DNA of 64,000 nt from Nitrospirales bacterium (lineage in GTDB: Bacteria > Nitrospirota > Nitrospiria > Nitrospirales > UBA8639), in NCBI GenBank assembly GCA_965203295.1, contig CBDBCZ010000016.1, forward strand, positions 1,216,001 to 1,280,000, written 5' to 3'. The notes under the pieces are model-generated. The model was not told where the DNA came from. It did no database searches and was given only the letters and a program-made list of their open reading frames with translations. The position numbers and the translations under genes are program-made. Positions 1 through 13,000 of this stretch are shown in pieces (the stretch's first letter is position 1; every line of letters starts with the position of its first letter).

Positions 1-46
1 TACTTAATAACATTCTGTGTTTTCTCACAGCCACTACCACGTAACT

Positions 47-1066
47 ATGAGTGGCACTCCAGAGGGTTTACAGAGTGCTCCAGGGCTGCAGCAGTTTATT
101 CTCAAAGATGTCAAGCATCCGTCTACACCAAAACGCCTCGGCACCGGCTCTTATGGAAGCGTAGACGAATTAGTAATTGGAGGGATTATCTGTGCAGGTA
201 AAACTGTTCATGATGCCCTAATTGATGTTGAAAACGAGGGAGCTGATAATATTGTACAGAGGTACATTCGGGAGTGTCATCTCATGGCAAGCCTACGCCA
301 TCCTCATATCGTGCAGTTTATGGGAATCTGCTTTCTGCCTGGGTCACAGCTTCCCGTTCTAGTCATGGAGTATCTGAGCAGCAATCTAGATGCTTTTCTG
401 GAGAAGCAGGCAGATATTCCTCTGTTCCTCAAGAGGTCCATTCTGCATGATGTCGCACGAGGCCTTATATACCTTCACGGCCGCACACCGCCAGTCATAC
501 ATCGCGACCTCACTGCGAGGAACGTATTGCTCAGCTCCATGATGACTGCCAAGATCGCAGATTTTGGAAACAGTCGACTCGTTGATGCTCTCGCAACTCA
601 GACGCTGACTCAATTCCCTGGCACCCTGGCTTATCTTCCCCCTGAAGCGCTTGATCCACACCCCCATTACAACACGAAGCTCGATATGTTCTCATTCGGT
701 CACCTCTCTCTCTATACAATCATCCAAGTCTTTCCGATGCCTATTGGTTCAACTTACACAGAACCACAGAGCGAGGTCGTTGTAGCTCGTTCAGAGGTCG
801 AGCGTCGCAGTGAATACCTGCAAGTGCTTCGTACACAAGTTTCTGGCATCGATTCTCTCCAGCAGCTCATTGTGGCGTGCCTGGATAACACCCCTGACAA
901 ACGGCCCTCTGCAGCACAAGCCATGGATTGCCTCGCCCAGCTTAGCATTGAGATCCCAGACCCGTACAGGGAGCTGAACAGATTTGACATGATGCAGATC
1001 CTCAAGGGGCATAAATCACTGCCAGAAGAAGAGGCAGGAAGTACAAGAAAGGAATCATGGATTAAG
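47..1066 (+). CDS. Protein kinase domain exon (TKL-like Ser/Thr/Tyr kinase), catalytic motifs intact
   Basis: Motifs [12 protein letters not shown] (catalytic Lys), alphaC Glu (REC), [27 protein letters not shown] and DMFSFG. ATG at 47 is preceded by an acceptor-like tttctcacag ending at 30. Confidence 0.95.
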
Positions 1067-4000
1067 GTATATATATATTCTTGTGCAGTATAATACTACT
1101 GTTCTGACAGATGGGATAATTTTTGGGGGGATTTATATTTATAGATGCCAAAGATTCATATTCTACTACAAAAAATGCATCATTGTTTTGACTTAGAGGT
1201 TACATGTTACCTGAAGTGCGGATGTCTGAGTATGTAGGTAGGATTTAGACCTCAAAGTGGTGATCTGTTACTATAAAATTTTCATTGGACTCATCACACA
1301 AAATGGAGGGTCGCTAAACTTTGAATAGGTCCTCACAAATCGGCGTTTAGAATCTAGGTATATACACATTTTACATACATACCAACTCTAAATATAGGAA
1401 CTCCCTCCACTTCGTATGTTGAGTCCATGTAGATGAAAGACTCACAATTGTTATCAAATTTCGTAGTGACGAATTACCATGCACTTTGAGGGCTTACTTC
1501 TACTAACATACTCATACTCGGCCCATCTACAACTCAGGTAACCACAAGGGATCAAAACAAGTACATATTTTTTTACAATGGCAAAAATTAGACTCCTAGC
1601 GTAAGCAACCAGCTATCACACAGTTTTTGTACCTGAGTCCATACCATCAGACTGGAATGCTATATATATATATCAGAATATCAGAATTGCACTGAGATAA
1701 TCATCATCATTTCTCTAATCTTACACTCCTTTTATGCGGAAATAGAAACAATTTTGTCTGAACAATGCAAGGGTGGAGCCAGCAATTAACATGCATGACA
1801 CCGTGCGTGAGTACGTAAAGTCATACACCAATACTTACTGCTATTACCAATTATTGTGCAGTTGGTTTAAAATAGCAGTGCATGTATTAGTAACGAAATA
1901 TCACTAGTGATATGCATGGCATAATGGGGCGAGCCTTCGCGAAGCATATAGCGTGCAGCAGAAAATGTGATGACAATAAAGAAAACTGTGCATGCATGAT
2001 TTCAGTTTCTGTTTGTCTGTTTTGTATGCACATGGTCTCTGTTCCAGGGCAACTGTAACCACTGTAGTGCATGAAGTATGATGGATCTTCTCACTGGAAA
2101 TCAAGTAGTTCCTTCCTTTCTCATGACTCTAAGCCTTCAAGCTCATTGGGCAGTCATAGCAAACCGGTGACATGTGGCAGACTTACGCCAGTAGAGGATT
2201 AGTTCGTGCCAGTAGAGTACAATTCGGTTACAGCATACCCTCAGGATGTAGGTGCAGACCAGGGAGTGGTTCTGAACACGACTCATCTCAAGTGTGCACA
2301 TGCAGAATTTGTGTACCTCAGAACAGCTACATAAGGAGCTGCTTGCATACGTGTACTACTGGCCATGTCAATTCTCTCCCTCTAGACTGCTCACGGCATC
2401 TGCTGTAGTTGATCAGGTCTGTTTCTATCATTAATTGTCTGCCTTGCCTCGAGAGTCTCTGTGGCATTATGGATACACATGAAATGGATACCCTGTAGCT
2501 ACAAATCGCAAAAATTAGCAGCAAGATGACTTACGTTGTAGCCTTAGTGCTCTATCACTCTCTCGGCGTCTACGTATAGGCCTAATCTCGCCTCCTTCGC
2601 TTGGCAGTCTCCTCTGCTCTCCGTCGTCATTCGTGCTCTCGCCCCCCAAGCCCCTCTTGCCTATTCATTGCGATCAGATACTCAGACGAGTACCACGTGC
2701 AAATAATTTAATGCGCATGCGTATGGCCAGAGCCCCCTAAAATTTTCCCGGCCGACCCAAGCAATTTTTTTGACGGTTGAAAGTACGATGACAGACAGAC
2801 AGACAGAAATTTCCTCGTTGTACAGACTACGTGGGGCTCACTCCGGCTCGCCCCAATTATTTCTGTCATCTCACGTTTTCTTGTAATAAGAAACTCTGTA
2901 TGAACATAACAAGCCCAAAAAAATTTCGCTTAAGTACTAATACTTTCTGAGCAATATTAGGTACTACGCGATAAGCGGCCACTTACACTACCATGGAAAA
3001 TGTATCACATATAGCAAAATTTTACTGTCAAAGTTGTTAGCAAAGTGTAGGAGGTGATTAATTTTCTAGCACATTTTGCAGCTACATGTTTAAACTATGA
3101 AGACTCAATGTCCTCAAAACCGTACGAATATATAGCCTTGCCTGTGTTTAGTTATTTGCAGACTTTAGTATCTGTCTCTTAGTTGGCTTCAAAGATAGCA
3201 CAGCTCAATCCAAAAAAAAAGAATGAACGAAGTGCATAATATACACGCAGCGTAAAAGAACGCATAAAAAGCAGTTAAGAAATAGGAAAAGAAAACTTAG
3301 CAAAGCCAAGTTGTTAGAATTTTATGCAATACATAATACTGTAGGTGAAACAATCAGATTTGGAAAGCCTTTGCCAGACAAAAGACAAACTTCTGGACGC
3401 ACGAAAGATGGAAAATTGCCAGCAGGCAGAACTGATCCGACAGAAACAAGCAGAGATTGAGGTTTGATGCTATAAATGTTTGTATGTGAAGTTAATTTTA
3501 AAAGAACCAATTTTATACTTGTGCTACTCTTTATTCCTACATAATATTATGTAGGCCAAAAGTGAAGCGTTTAAAGCAGAGCTCAACAGTTTGAAATCCC
3601 AGTGTAAGCAACTGGAGGTAAGCATGCCTATCTCAATAGTATATATTGGTACAGATATGTCAACATCTACCGTATTATTATGCAGGACTTGTGTTGTACA
3701 AAGGAAAAGCTCCTTGAGACCAAAGAGCTTGAAAATAGACAGCAGTCTAAGATAATGGAGCACAAGGAAGAAGAAACGAGAAGCTTGCAGTCCCAAATTC
3801 AGGTTAGTGCTACTCATGCATATGTGACCTTTGGCGAATCAGGCGTCTCAAAATCGATCACAAGCTTAATGATACACAGCAACTTCTATGGTTCTTTTCT
3901 TCTGTAGGCCTATCTCTTGCTTTACCCATCTATATCCAGGCCCCTTATAGTTTAGCTAGCCCTCGCATTATTAGCATATCAACGTAGCTGAAGTGAGGAT

Positions 4001-7000
4001 GGCACTGTACCACAGTTTCACTGCCCAGGATGGTTGTGTATGCCTTTCAGACGCTCATGACACAAAGCCCAGCAGTTCTGAGTGCCCTGACATGACTTTT
4101 CCAGTTGCACTCTTGGTTAGAAGCCACTGTCTTGCACCACATGATACTAGGAATTTGCAATTTTTCAGTCAGCGTACCAGCGCGTGTATCTCGGAGCCTG
4201 CCTCCTGTACATATCCAGTTATCGCATATTCTGTAGCCCTATTCCAGTGCTTTCGAATGATACCGGTTTTGTGCAGCGCGGGGGGGGGGGGGGGGGGTGA
4301 ACAAAAATGTACTAAGAAAAACCGCACCCCTCTCGCGCGAAGCACGATTGAACCGTCCGTACAAAACGGCTTCTGTAGGCCAAGCGGTAAGCGCCTGCAA
4401 CTTGAAACGTGGGATATAAATAGCAGAGGTATAGGCCTATAAAACCGCTGGCAAACCAGGCGCGTCCAGCTGCTGACTTCGTGGTACTAGGTCTTGCAAA
4501 CACACCGGAAGCTATAGTGCCGTTAATTAAGCATTGGAATTTTCCTACCTATACATTTTCCGTTTCTTCAAAAACTGTCCGTATACTGCCATCTGCGGAA
4601 CGACTGTGTGAACTGGATGGTGGGACGAATACCGTTGAGATTGTCAATCTTCTCGACAAAAATAGGTTAGACAACGAGGTAGAGGTATCTGCAGCAAGGT
4701 TACTATAACTGAGAAAGCCAGTGACTTATTTGAAGTTTAGGGCTTCAGTTGTGACAGGCAAATCAGGAATAAAGATGAGGTATCTGAATCTGATAGATAC
4801 CAGCAGGCATATAACTATCAGATTTAAATACCTTATAGGCATACTTCAAAGGATATTATTCATGGCTGTAGGTCTAAATGCTGAAGATATCATCCATGCG
4901 CCTCTGAAAAGATTGAGTTGCTTCTTTGCAGCTAAAAAAAAGTCACTTCATGCATCACGCAGAAACATCTTTAGCCAGCCCCCCATCTTCTTTCACCTTG
5001 GTGAAATATTGAAATATAAGAACGACTCATAATATAAGTCCATTTTTTGACAACTCTACAATGCCTGTGAGCTTTCACTACTCCAGCTGAACATTACTCT
5101 TGTCCCTTCTGATATAGTATTGGCTAGTTATAGTCATGAGCCAACATCGGCTGACTCCTCCTTCTACCCTCTTTTCTAGGTCCTCGTACCCAGGCGTATT
5201 ACATAGGGAATAAGTGCGCCTGGTATCCACTGTTTGTGCATGCACTTAATTTCCCAGCATTCCGTGGCGATAGGATACCACCGTGGCATATCCGCGGTAT
5301 GATGACGTCAATACTGCATACGTGGCCATATTATCAATTGTGCACGCGATAATGGCTGCTTGTACAGAGGACTTCGATCGCTCGATTTCTTGCGTCTAAC
5401 GATGACACTGAAACTTGAGCAGAGACTCAGAGCGTCTGCAAAATCCATCTACGAAGGGAAAGACCTTTTTCTCTGGCTCCCAACTGGCTTTGGTAAGTAA
5501 TTGTACTATAAAGGACTACCATTCGTGTTTGATGTGAAGCTTGGCAGGCTAACTGTCAATAATACTAACAGACTAGGCACGAGCAAGTTCAACGGGAATC
5601 TTCATTGTCACAGTATATCTGTAGTAAATATTTCCGCGTGGACGAGTCGGACGTCATTGTACATGTCCAATAATTGTGACAACGTCACTTGATACACGCC
5701 TACTGAAATCCATGTGGACTTAGTGCACTAATTACGCGCATGCGCGAACAGTGGATACCAGGCACACTTTTCCCAATTTTAATGCGCCTGGGTACGAGGC
5801 TAGGTCCTACACAAGCTATGTACCTAGCTAGAATATGTTCATGCAGTATAAGGGAGCTGCAGTGAATAGCCCCATAAATAGAAATGAGGTTTTGAACACC
5901 AAATTAGTGCATGTGCGCATTAGCTAAGGAAGTGATACTGTAACTAAATTGTGCCCATTCATTGTGTATTACTCCAGCAACAACTGTTAGAGTATGAGGC
6001 TCTCTGCTCCAGAAAGGCTGAATGTGCTGAAAAGGAGAAAGAAATGGAAGAGAAACTAAAGGAATTTAAAGAACAGTTTGGTGTGAGTGTGCTCTGAAAA
6101 TTGACAATTTTCGGCCTCCTAATAGATTTCTTCCTCATATCACACAGACCAAAGAGGCCGAATTCCAGCATGCACATGAGCTGCTTGAGAAGCAGCAGAA
6201 AGTGGTCACTGAGCTGGAATCAAAGCTTCGAGTACAGGAGGTATTAAGTCAATAGCATGATAGCAGGTGTAGATAGTCTTTAAAGCTAATTAATTATTTG
6301 AGTTAAAAGAGTAGTGAAATCCCTGCATCCCTGTAGGAATGGCAGCACTTGCCCTTAAAAAATTCTTAACTGGTCTGAGCTTATTTTCAAAGTGATTGTT
6401 TTACACACATTCTCAGATGGAAATAGAAGGGCTGGAGAGACTCTCTAAAGCCAAGGACAAGCACATTCAACAGAAGGAGGCTGAAAAACTGCAGTTTGAA
6501 AAGGAGATTAGACAAAGGATAGAACAACTTCTCAGAGATCGAGAAGATCGCAGTGACCCAATCCAAATAAAGGTACACTGCTTAAAGTATAGTATACTGT
6601 CTACAATCATGCCACTGGATTGTATATACGTTATTGTGGTAAGCCTAAGTGAGCCCCACACTAGTGTGTTTTATAAGATAATTTTTGTGCTTGCGATGTA
6701 CCAAAGTGTGTAGTATATGTGCCCATTGAATAATGAGTGCTAACAGAGGAGAAGAGTAAGTCAGAGAGATCAATGCGAAGAGGCTACGAGCATGAGTGAG
6801 CCCTCACCATTTCAGTGTGGCTTGCTGACGGCCTGTAGACTGGCGTACAAATATGACAGCTCTCCTAGCTCTAGCCCTCCTCTCGTGTACGTATATCTCG
6901 TTGGTGACCTGTACTCTCAGCATCACTGAAGCCTGGTCCCTCCTGCTGCAGCCTAGTGATAGTCTCCGTTACTTGCTACAGCCGTGTATGCAGGTCCAAA

Positions 7001-10000
7001 TACTGCGTGGTCACATGAAAAAGTTTCGAACGTTGAATTGGTTCACAGATATGTGGTAAATATACTGAAAAACTCTCTGTGGACTTTGTACATGGGTGGT
7101 GCTTTTGAGACGTGCTTACAAGTCACACTTTAAATCATGTAGCCCTGGGTGGTGCAGTTTGACTTAATACATGATCCTGTATATATGCTAAGGTAATGTT
7201 TTTGCATACAACAGGATCCATCATGTGGCAGTGAGGATCAAGAACAGCTTGAAGATGCAATCGGGCAGAAATTAGAAGATCTTAAAGAGGGGTCAGAGCT
7301 GAAAGAGGAGATACTGTTGAAACTGGGAGAGCTTACGAGTTCTCCACTAAGTGAAATCTTTGAGGTATGTCATGCAAATGGCTACTTGCGTGGCAGCATG
7401 CATTAGTTTAGAGGAGCAAAAACAAGTCATGCACCTAGTAAAAGCGGTTCTGCTATGACACTATTATTGCTCTTTATGCAGTTTTTTCTTATTGGAGAGG
7501 GGGGAGAGAGTTTTGCCAATAGTGATATTGTAACAATTGGCTTTCTAATCATAATTCTCTGCTATACATAATTATAGGTTAAACCATGCCACCTAGGGCT
7601 GTATGGGATTTATAGCGCACGAGTGCAATAATTATCTAATTAGAGCCTGAAGGTGAAGCCGAGGACTCTAATTAGGGCGAGCCTGAGCGAGCCCCAAACT
7701 TAGCGACTTGGCTGTGCAATTGCTGTCCATCCGTCCGTTTGGTACGTACGTCATTCCGAAACTACGTGCAATGTTCTATATTTGCGGCCTTGTTATAAAT
7801 TTCTTTGGCCGCGTGCAAGTGCGTATAGCTATTGTACTGAACACGCATGAAATAGCAGCAACTAGGCTCACTGACAGCGTGAACGGGAGAGGAACCACCG
7901 TGCTTCTGAGCCAGCAAGCCAACAGAATGTAAGGTTCGTTGGAAGACCAGCATAGTTTGCTAGCTAAATGGCATATCAGTGGCTACCAGACATGGGCAGT
8001 ATGACCCGTCATCAATCTGGCAGGATATTGACGCTATAGCTTGCCATCACTGTGCCCAATTGGCTTAAGAGCTATTCAGTTTCTTTACTTTTGACTTCTA
8101 TGCTTGTGAAAAGATTCATCATGCTTAATAGTGTACTGCAGTGCTTGCTGGCTAGCACTACACTCCGATGCTCCCGCTCTGCTACCGGAGGACGATGGTC
8201 CTCATTACTCTGAGCAGAGACCATAGAACATACTGACATTCTCCAAATTATTGTTCCTCAAGTTACTCTATCACTGCACAGATTCTGAATTTGTACATGC
8301 ACACTTTTCTTCATTGTCATCACATTTTCTACTGCACGCTATACATGCTTCGCAAAGGCTCGCCCCACTATGCCCTGCATATCACTAGTTAGTTATTGCA
8401 TGAGTGCGCTATCAAATCCCTTAATGTACATTACCATGGCAACCACATTTTCCCACACTTATAGCACTCAAAGGAGGCCACATACAGGGATCATTGCTAT
8501 ACCAATGTACATTAAATCAGTTAAAGGTCAGTTTGGGTGAGGGGTTAAAATCCTCGGGTTCGCCTCAGACTTTAAATTCCCCTCACCCAAACTGTCCTTT
8601 AACTATTACATATTGCCCAGTCAGTGCCTTTGATAGTATGGCTTCCAGGACTACAAATGTAGGTATACTGTGATAATGTAAGACGGGTACCAGTGTGGTA
8701 ATTACTGATGACTTTACCACCACTGAATAATTATTTTGTCTAAGAGTCCCAAGACTGAAACCAAGCTCAAGCCCTCTGACAGTACAGTTGGCATGGAAGA
8801 GAAGGATGAGGATGAAGTACAGCCAAAACCTAAGGTAAAAGGATAAAAAAAATGTACCCTACATGAAAGTGAACATTAGTTCTTCTGTGTTGCATCCCAC
8901 ATAAAATTGTGTCATCATGTTTGTAATGGAAGTACGTACAGGTGGCAATTGGCAGAATAGTATATAGGGGGATTCTGTTTAATTTTGCCATTTTGCTAGT
9001 TGTTTAAAGTGACGAAATTATACCAGCGATATTTTTCTGTTGATGAAAGTTATTATCATCTCTGCCAAGTGAATCAGGTTAGCTCATTACTCGACAAAGA
9101 TACATGCAAGTTTCTGCTGTGTCACAGTGAACTCACTGACCTTGCAGGCCATAGTCTTGCAAGACCAGACCATTCACAATGGCACTGTGCCATCCTTGTA
9201 TGCGAGTCATGCAAGTGACCTTGCTACTAGTGATCAAAGAAAGGACGACAATGGTGGTATCCATTCAATCTCTATGATCCAGTCAGGTTATCTTCCAGCA
9301 ACTCAAGCTTACTACTGCACATTAACAGAACTGGTGGCATTTCTCCATGGCGAAACATATTTCCTATATGGCAGTTTCACAACAGATGACACTTATACCT
9401 CTACATTTTATAGTGATACCTAAGATAAGAGATTCCACTTTGGTAGCCTTGAGCAGTAAGTGCAGTCCAATAGTAGTATAATGGAACTGTAGCCCCTACC
9501 CCAGTTTTGTTAGCAATGATGAATGACATCATGAATATCAAGAATGTTATTGCAATACGCGAATAGCTACAAAGTAAGTCATAAAGCTGTAATGGTACTA
9601 GTGTGGCAGTAGGCAATAGTTTTGGGGAACAAAAACAAGACATGCACCTGGCTAAAGTGTTTCTGCTTTAGCACTATTATTGCTATTTATGCAGCACTTA
9701 TTATTTTTATTGGGGGAGAGAGGTTGCCAATAGTGATGTTGCGACAGTTGTCTTCCTAATCAGAATTCTCTGCAATAGGTAAAGAATGTAAGACAGGTAC
9801 AGTGTCGTACTAATGACTTTATCACCTCTAAACTTATTTGCAGCTGAAAAATGTAACAAGCTCTAATGGAGTAAAGAAATTGCAACAAGAAATGTCTGAG
9901 AGCCCCAGCCCGCAGGCCTCTCACAATGAGACTGAAACCAAGCGCCAGTCATATGAGAGTACAGTTGGGATGGAAGAGAAGGATGAGGATGAAGTTCAGC

Positions 10001-13000
10001 CGAAACCTAAGGTTAGGTATGCATGCTGGAAGGATCACAATAAATTTCACACTGTATGAATCAAAGTGAACAGTAGTTCTTTTGTGTTGCATCCCACACA
10101 AATTGTGTCATTGTGTTTGTGAGTACAGGTGGCAATTGGCAGAATAGCATATAGTGAGATTACTGGCCTTGCATGCAGGCCATAGTCTTGCAAGACCAGA
10201 CCATTCACAATGCATCCTTGTATGCGAGTCATGCAAGTGACCTTGCTAAAAAAAGACAACAATGGTGGTATTCCTGAATATTCTTCAATCTCTATGATCC
10301 AGGCAGGTTCTCTCCCAGTCACTGACTACTGCACATTAGCTATGAACTGGAGGCCTTTTGGCAAAATCTGCTAGAAATTAAACTGTTCAACTACTGCATA
10401 GTGGAAAATTTTCGCTGGGGGGGGGGGGGGGGGGGGGGGGATAGAATTCCGCCAATTTCACCAGTCGGTTCCCGCGACTCGGGCTTAACTGCACGTTAAA
10501 TAAAATCAGAACATTGGAAGCATGCTCAATAATAAATCTGGTGAATTTTTTCTGCATTATTTTGCAACTGCATTTAACAAAATATTTCCCTGGCTATGCG
10601 CTAGTGTATTTTTGTGCATTAACAAATTCATCAGTTCAAGAGTCATAGTTCTATGGAGTGTAGTGTCAGGATGAGTGAAAGGTTAGTTACAATTTAGTAT
10701 TCTTTGCCCTATCACTGTGTAGGAATGGGCTTTCTCAGCAACCACTGACATGCAGTGGTAGCTGCTGCTCCTAACTTGTACTCTATCTTGCCCATATACC
10801 GTAGACTCGGGTTATCAAGCGCATGCGCTAGTTGGGACAATAGCAAAAATATATGCGCTTCATAACGAAGTGCGCTACATAATGGGGGTTAAAGGTTGAC
10901 CACGCCTAGTTTTTTATGACGTCATTGCGGCAAACTTACATGAAATTGTTGCTGATATCGGTAGCAGATTACCAACTACCGATATAGAATCGCAGTTTAT
11001 TAAAGCGGTCGGCGATGTAACTCGGCGGAAAGCTGTTGGAGATGAAAATAAGCGGAGAGCGGTCTGAGATGAGAGTGTGCTCGATCAACTTGAATGAGGA
11101 TCGGTGCATGCTTGCTCCCTCTATAGGCCTTTGACTTAGCTAGCTAGCAACCTGATGACTGGGCAGTTGCAAAGAGATCCCTAAAAAGTTATCCTCTCAC
11201 TTAGCTAGCTAGCTGCTAGCAGTCTCCGTTCGATTCTGTGTGCAGTTGCTCCACCCCATATTACGTTTAATTGGAATGTGCGCCTCTTAACGAGGTTTTT
11301 GCGGCTTTGGGCCAAGAAGCGAGCATGCGCCTGATAGCGTAAGTATGCTACATAACAAAGTGCACCTGATAACTCGAGTGTACAGTACCTTTTTCAACAC
11401 GGTGTCTCATTTCTGTAGTTTAGCCTTATACATAGAAAGGCATTCCTCTACTTGTAGAAAATGAGACACCAAGGCACCTATATCTAGCTGTGGTTGTATA
11501 CCGTTCACCTTTGCATGATAGCTGACTAAGGCATGCTCTCTACCACCTTGACTGCAATTAAATCGCAACTGTATGTCAGAGAGTATGTCTCTCACTGATT
11601 CTGTGAATATAAGTGGATTTGGTTTTCAGGTATAACCTTTACAAGTTTATCACTTGACTTGTCTGTTGGCTTTATATGGTGCCACTTAATTCCATAGAAG
11701 GACCGGTGTATGCTTCACCCTTTACAACTATCAGAAACGTGCCATCAACAGTTGCCATAGAGCGCTGAAGTTTCAAGGCACACACATTTTTCAGTTTTTG
11801 CAGTTGCCGTCTTAGACTACGAAAATTAAGTTCCCAAAATGTTTTGCACTATGTATGTAGCATAGCAATCAAAGATGATTGGTTGGCGAAATTTATATTT
11901 ATTTCCGCAAAATGTTCAATGCGACCAAACCACAAAAATTTGACTCCTCAAAAATTTGATGCCATACCGTATCCTGCTCTTATGAAAAACTGTTACAATT
12001 GGTCTGTATATTCCTCCCAATAATCACCTTGAAATTCGAATGTTCTACCTGCCCTATCATGGCAGTAGCTATTCTTGTCACTGGTTACCCATCATTCTTA
12101 GGACATAAGCACACATGAAATGAGCCTTCATGAATACACACCACATATGTCCCACTGCAGGTGCACAACTCTGCCTCCAAGTTTAAGGCACTTACTAAAA
12201 CCAGAGGAGCCAGCAAGAAAAAATCAGCTGGAATATTCAGAAGGATGTCATTAGATAGCAAATCCTCGAAGCCAAAGGTAGAGAGCTGAGTCCAGATGAT
12301 ATTCTTCCTGAGTTGTACAATTTCAGGGAATCTATGACTTTTCAGACTTTCATAATATTGCATATTGTATCAACAGTATCTGCTACTTAGCGAGGGTTTC
12401 ATACAGAATTTTTGGCTGGGGGTGGTGACTATATTTGCATTGTAACAGATGCAATGGAGTGCAAACCATACTGTCCTGAGATTAATTCTGGTGGGTTTTG
12501 GCAGCTAGCTGAAGGAAGATTCCAGTATATACACTCCCCCTCCCTCTGTATGAAAGCCTGATAACATATTACAGTTGCTATCTTGGTAAGAATATCTGTG
12601 GCTAATTATAAGATGCTTGAAATTTGAAACCATATTGAATCTTTACATGCAAGAACGTCTGCCTTTGCTATAGGTGCAGGAAAGAGCTTCTATCATCTCC
12701 GGCAATCAGAGCATCAAAATTGTTGCAGTTGGCGATGGAGCTGTAGGGAAGTCATGTCTACTTATTACATACACCACAAATGGATTTCCTCGAAGCTGCA
12801 TACCAACTGTTTTCGATAACTACTCTCGTGATGTTGAGTTTATAAAGCGAAGGTATAGGTTTACTCTGAATCTTGGTTTCTTTGATACTGCTGGTCAGGA
12901 AGACTACGATCGACTGCGACCACTCTCCTATCCCCAAACTGACGTTTTCTTACTCTGCTTCTCTGTGATTTCACCTGCATCATTTGAAAATATCACTGCA

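Noticed and set aside
1148..1600. Degenerate foldback in intron 1 (also 12392-12560 and 39860-40078)
   Set aside because: Probably old MITEs, but the termini and TSDs are too decayed to define or classify confidently.
3993..5032. ORFs of 149, 75 and 103 aa in intron 3, including a poly-G run
   Set aside because: No recognisable motifs, non-ATG starts and no convincing splice context; probably repeat-derived.
10723..10761. Possible alternative terminal exon [12 protein letters not shown] for a kinase-only isoform
   Set aside because: Supported only by an AG and a short open frame; it cannot be distinguished from chance without transcripts.
11407..11760. Minus-strand protein-like fragments in intron 9 of the kinase-Rho gene
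   Set aside because: Short, interrupted and not recognisable as any family.
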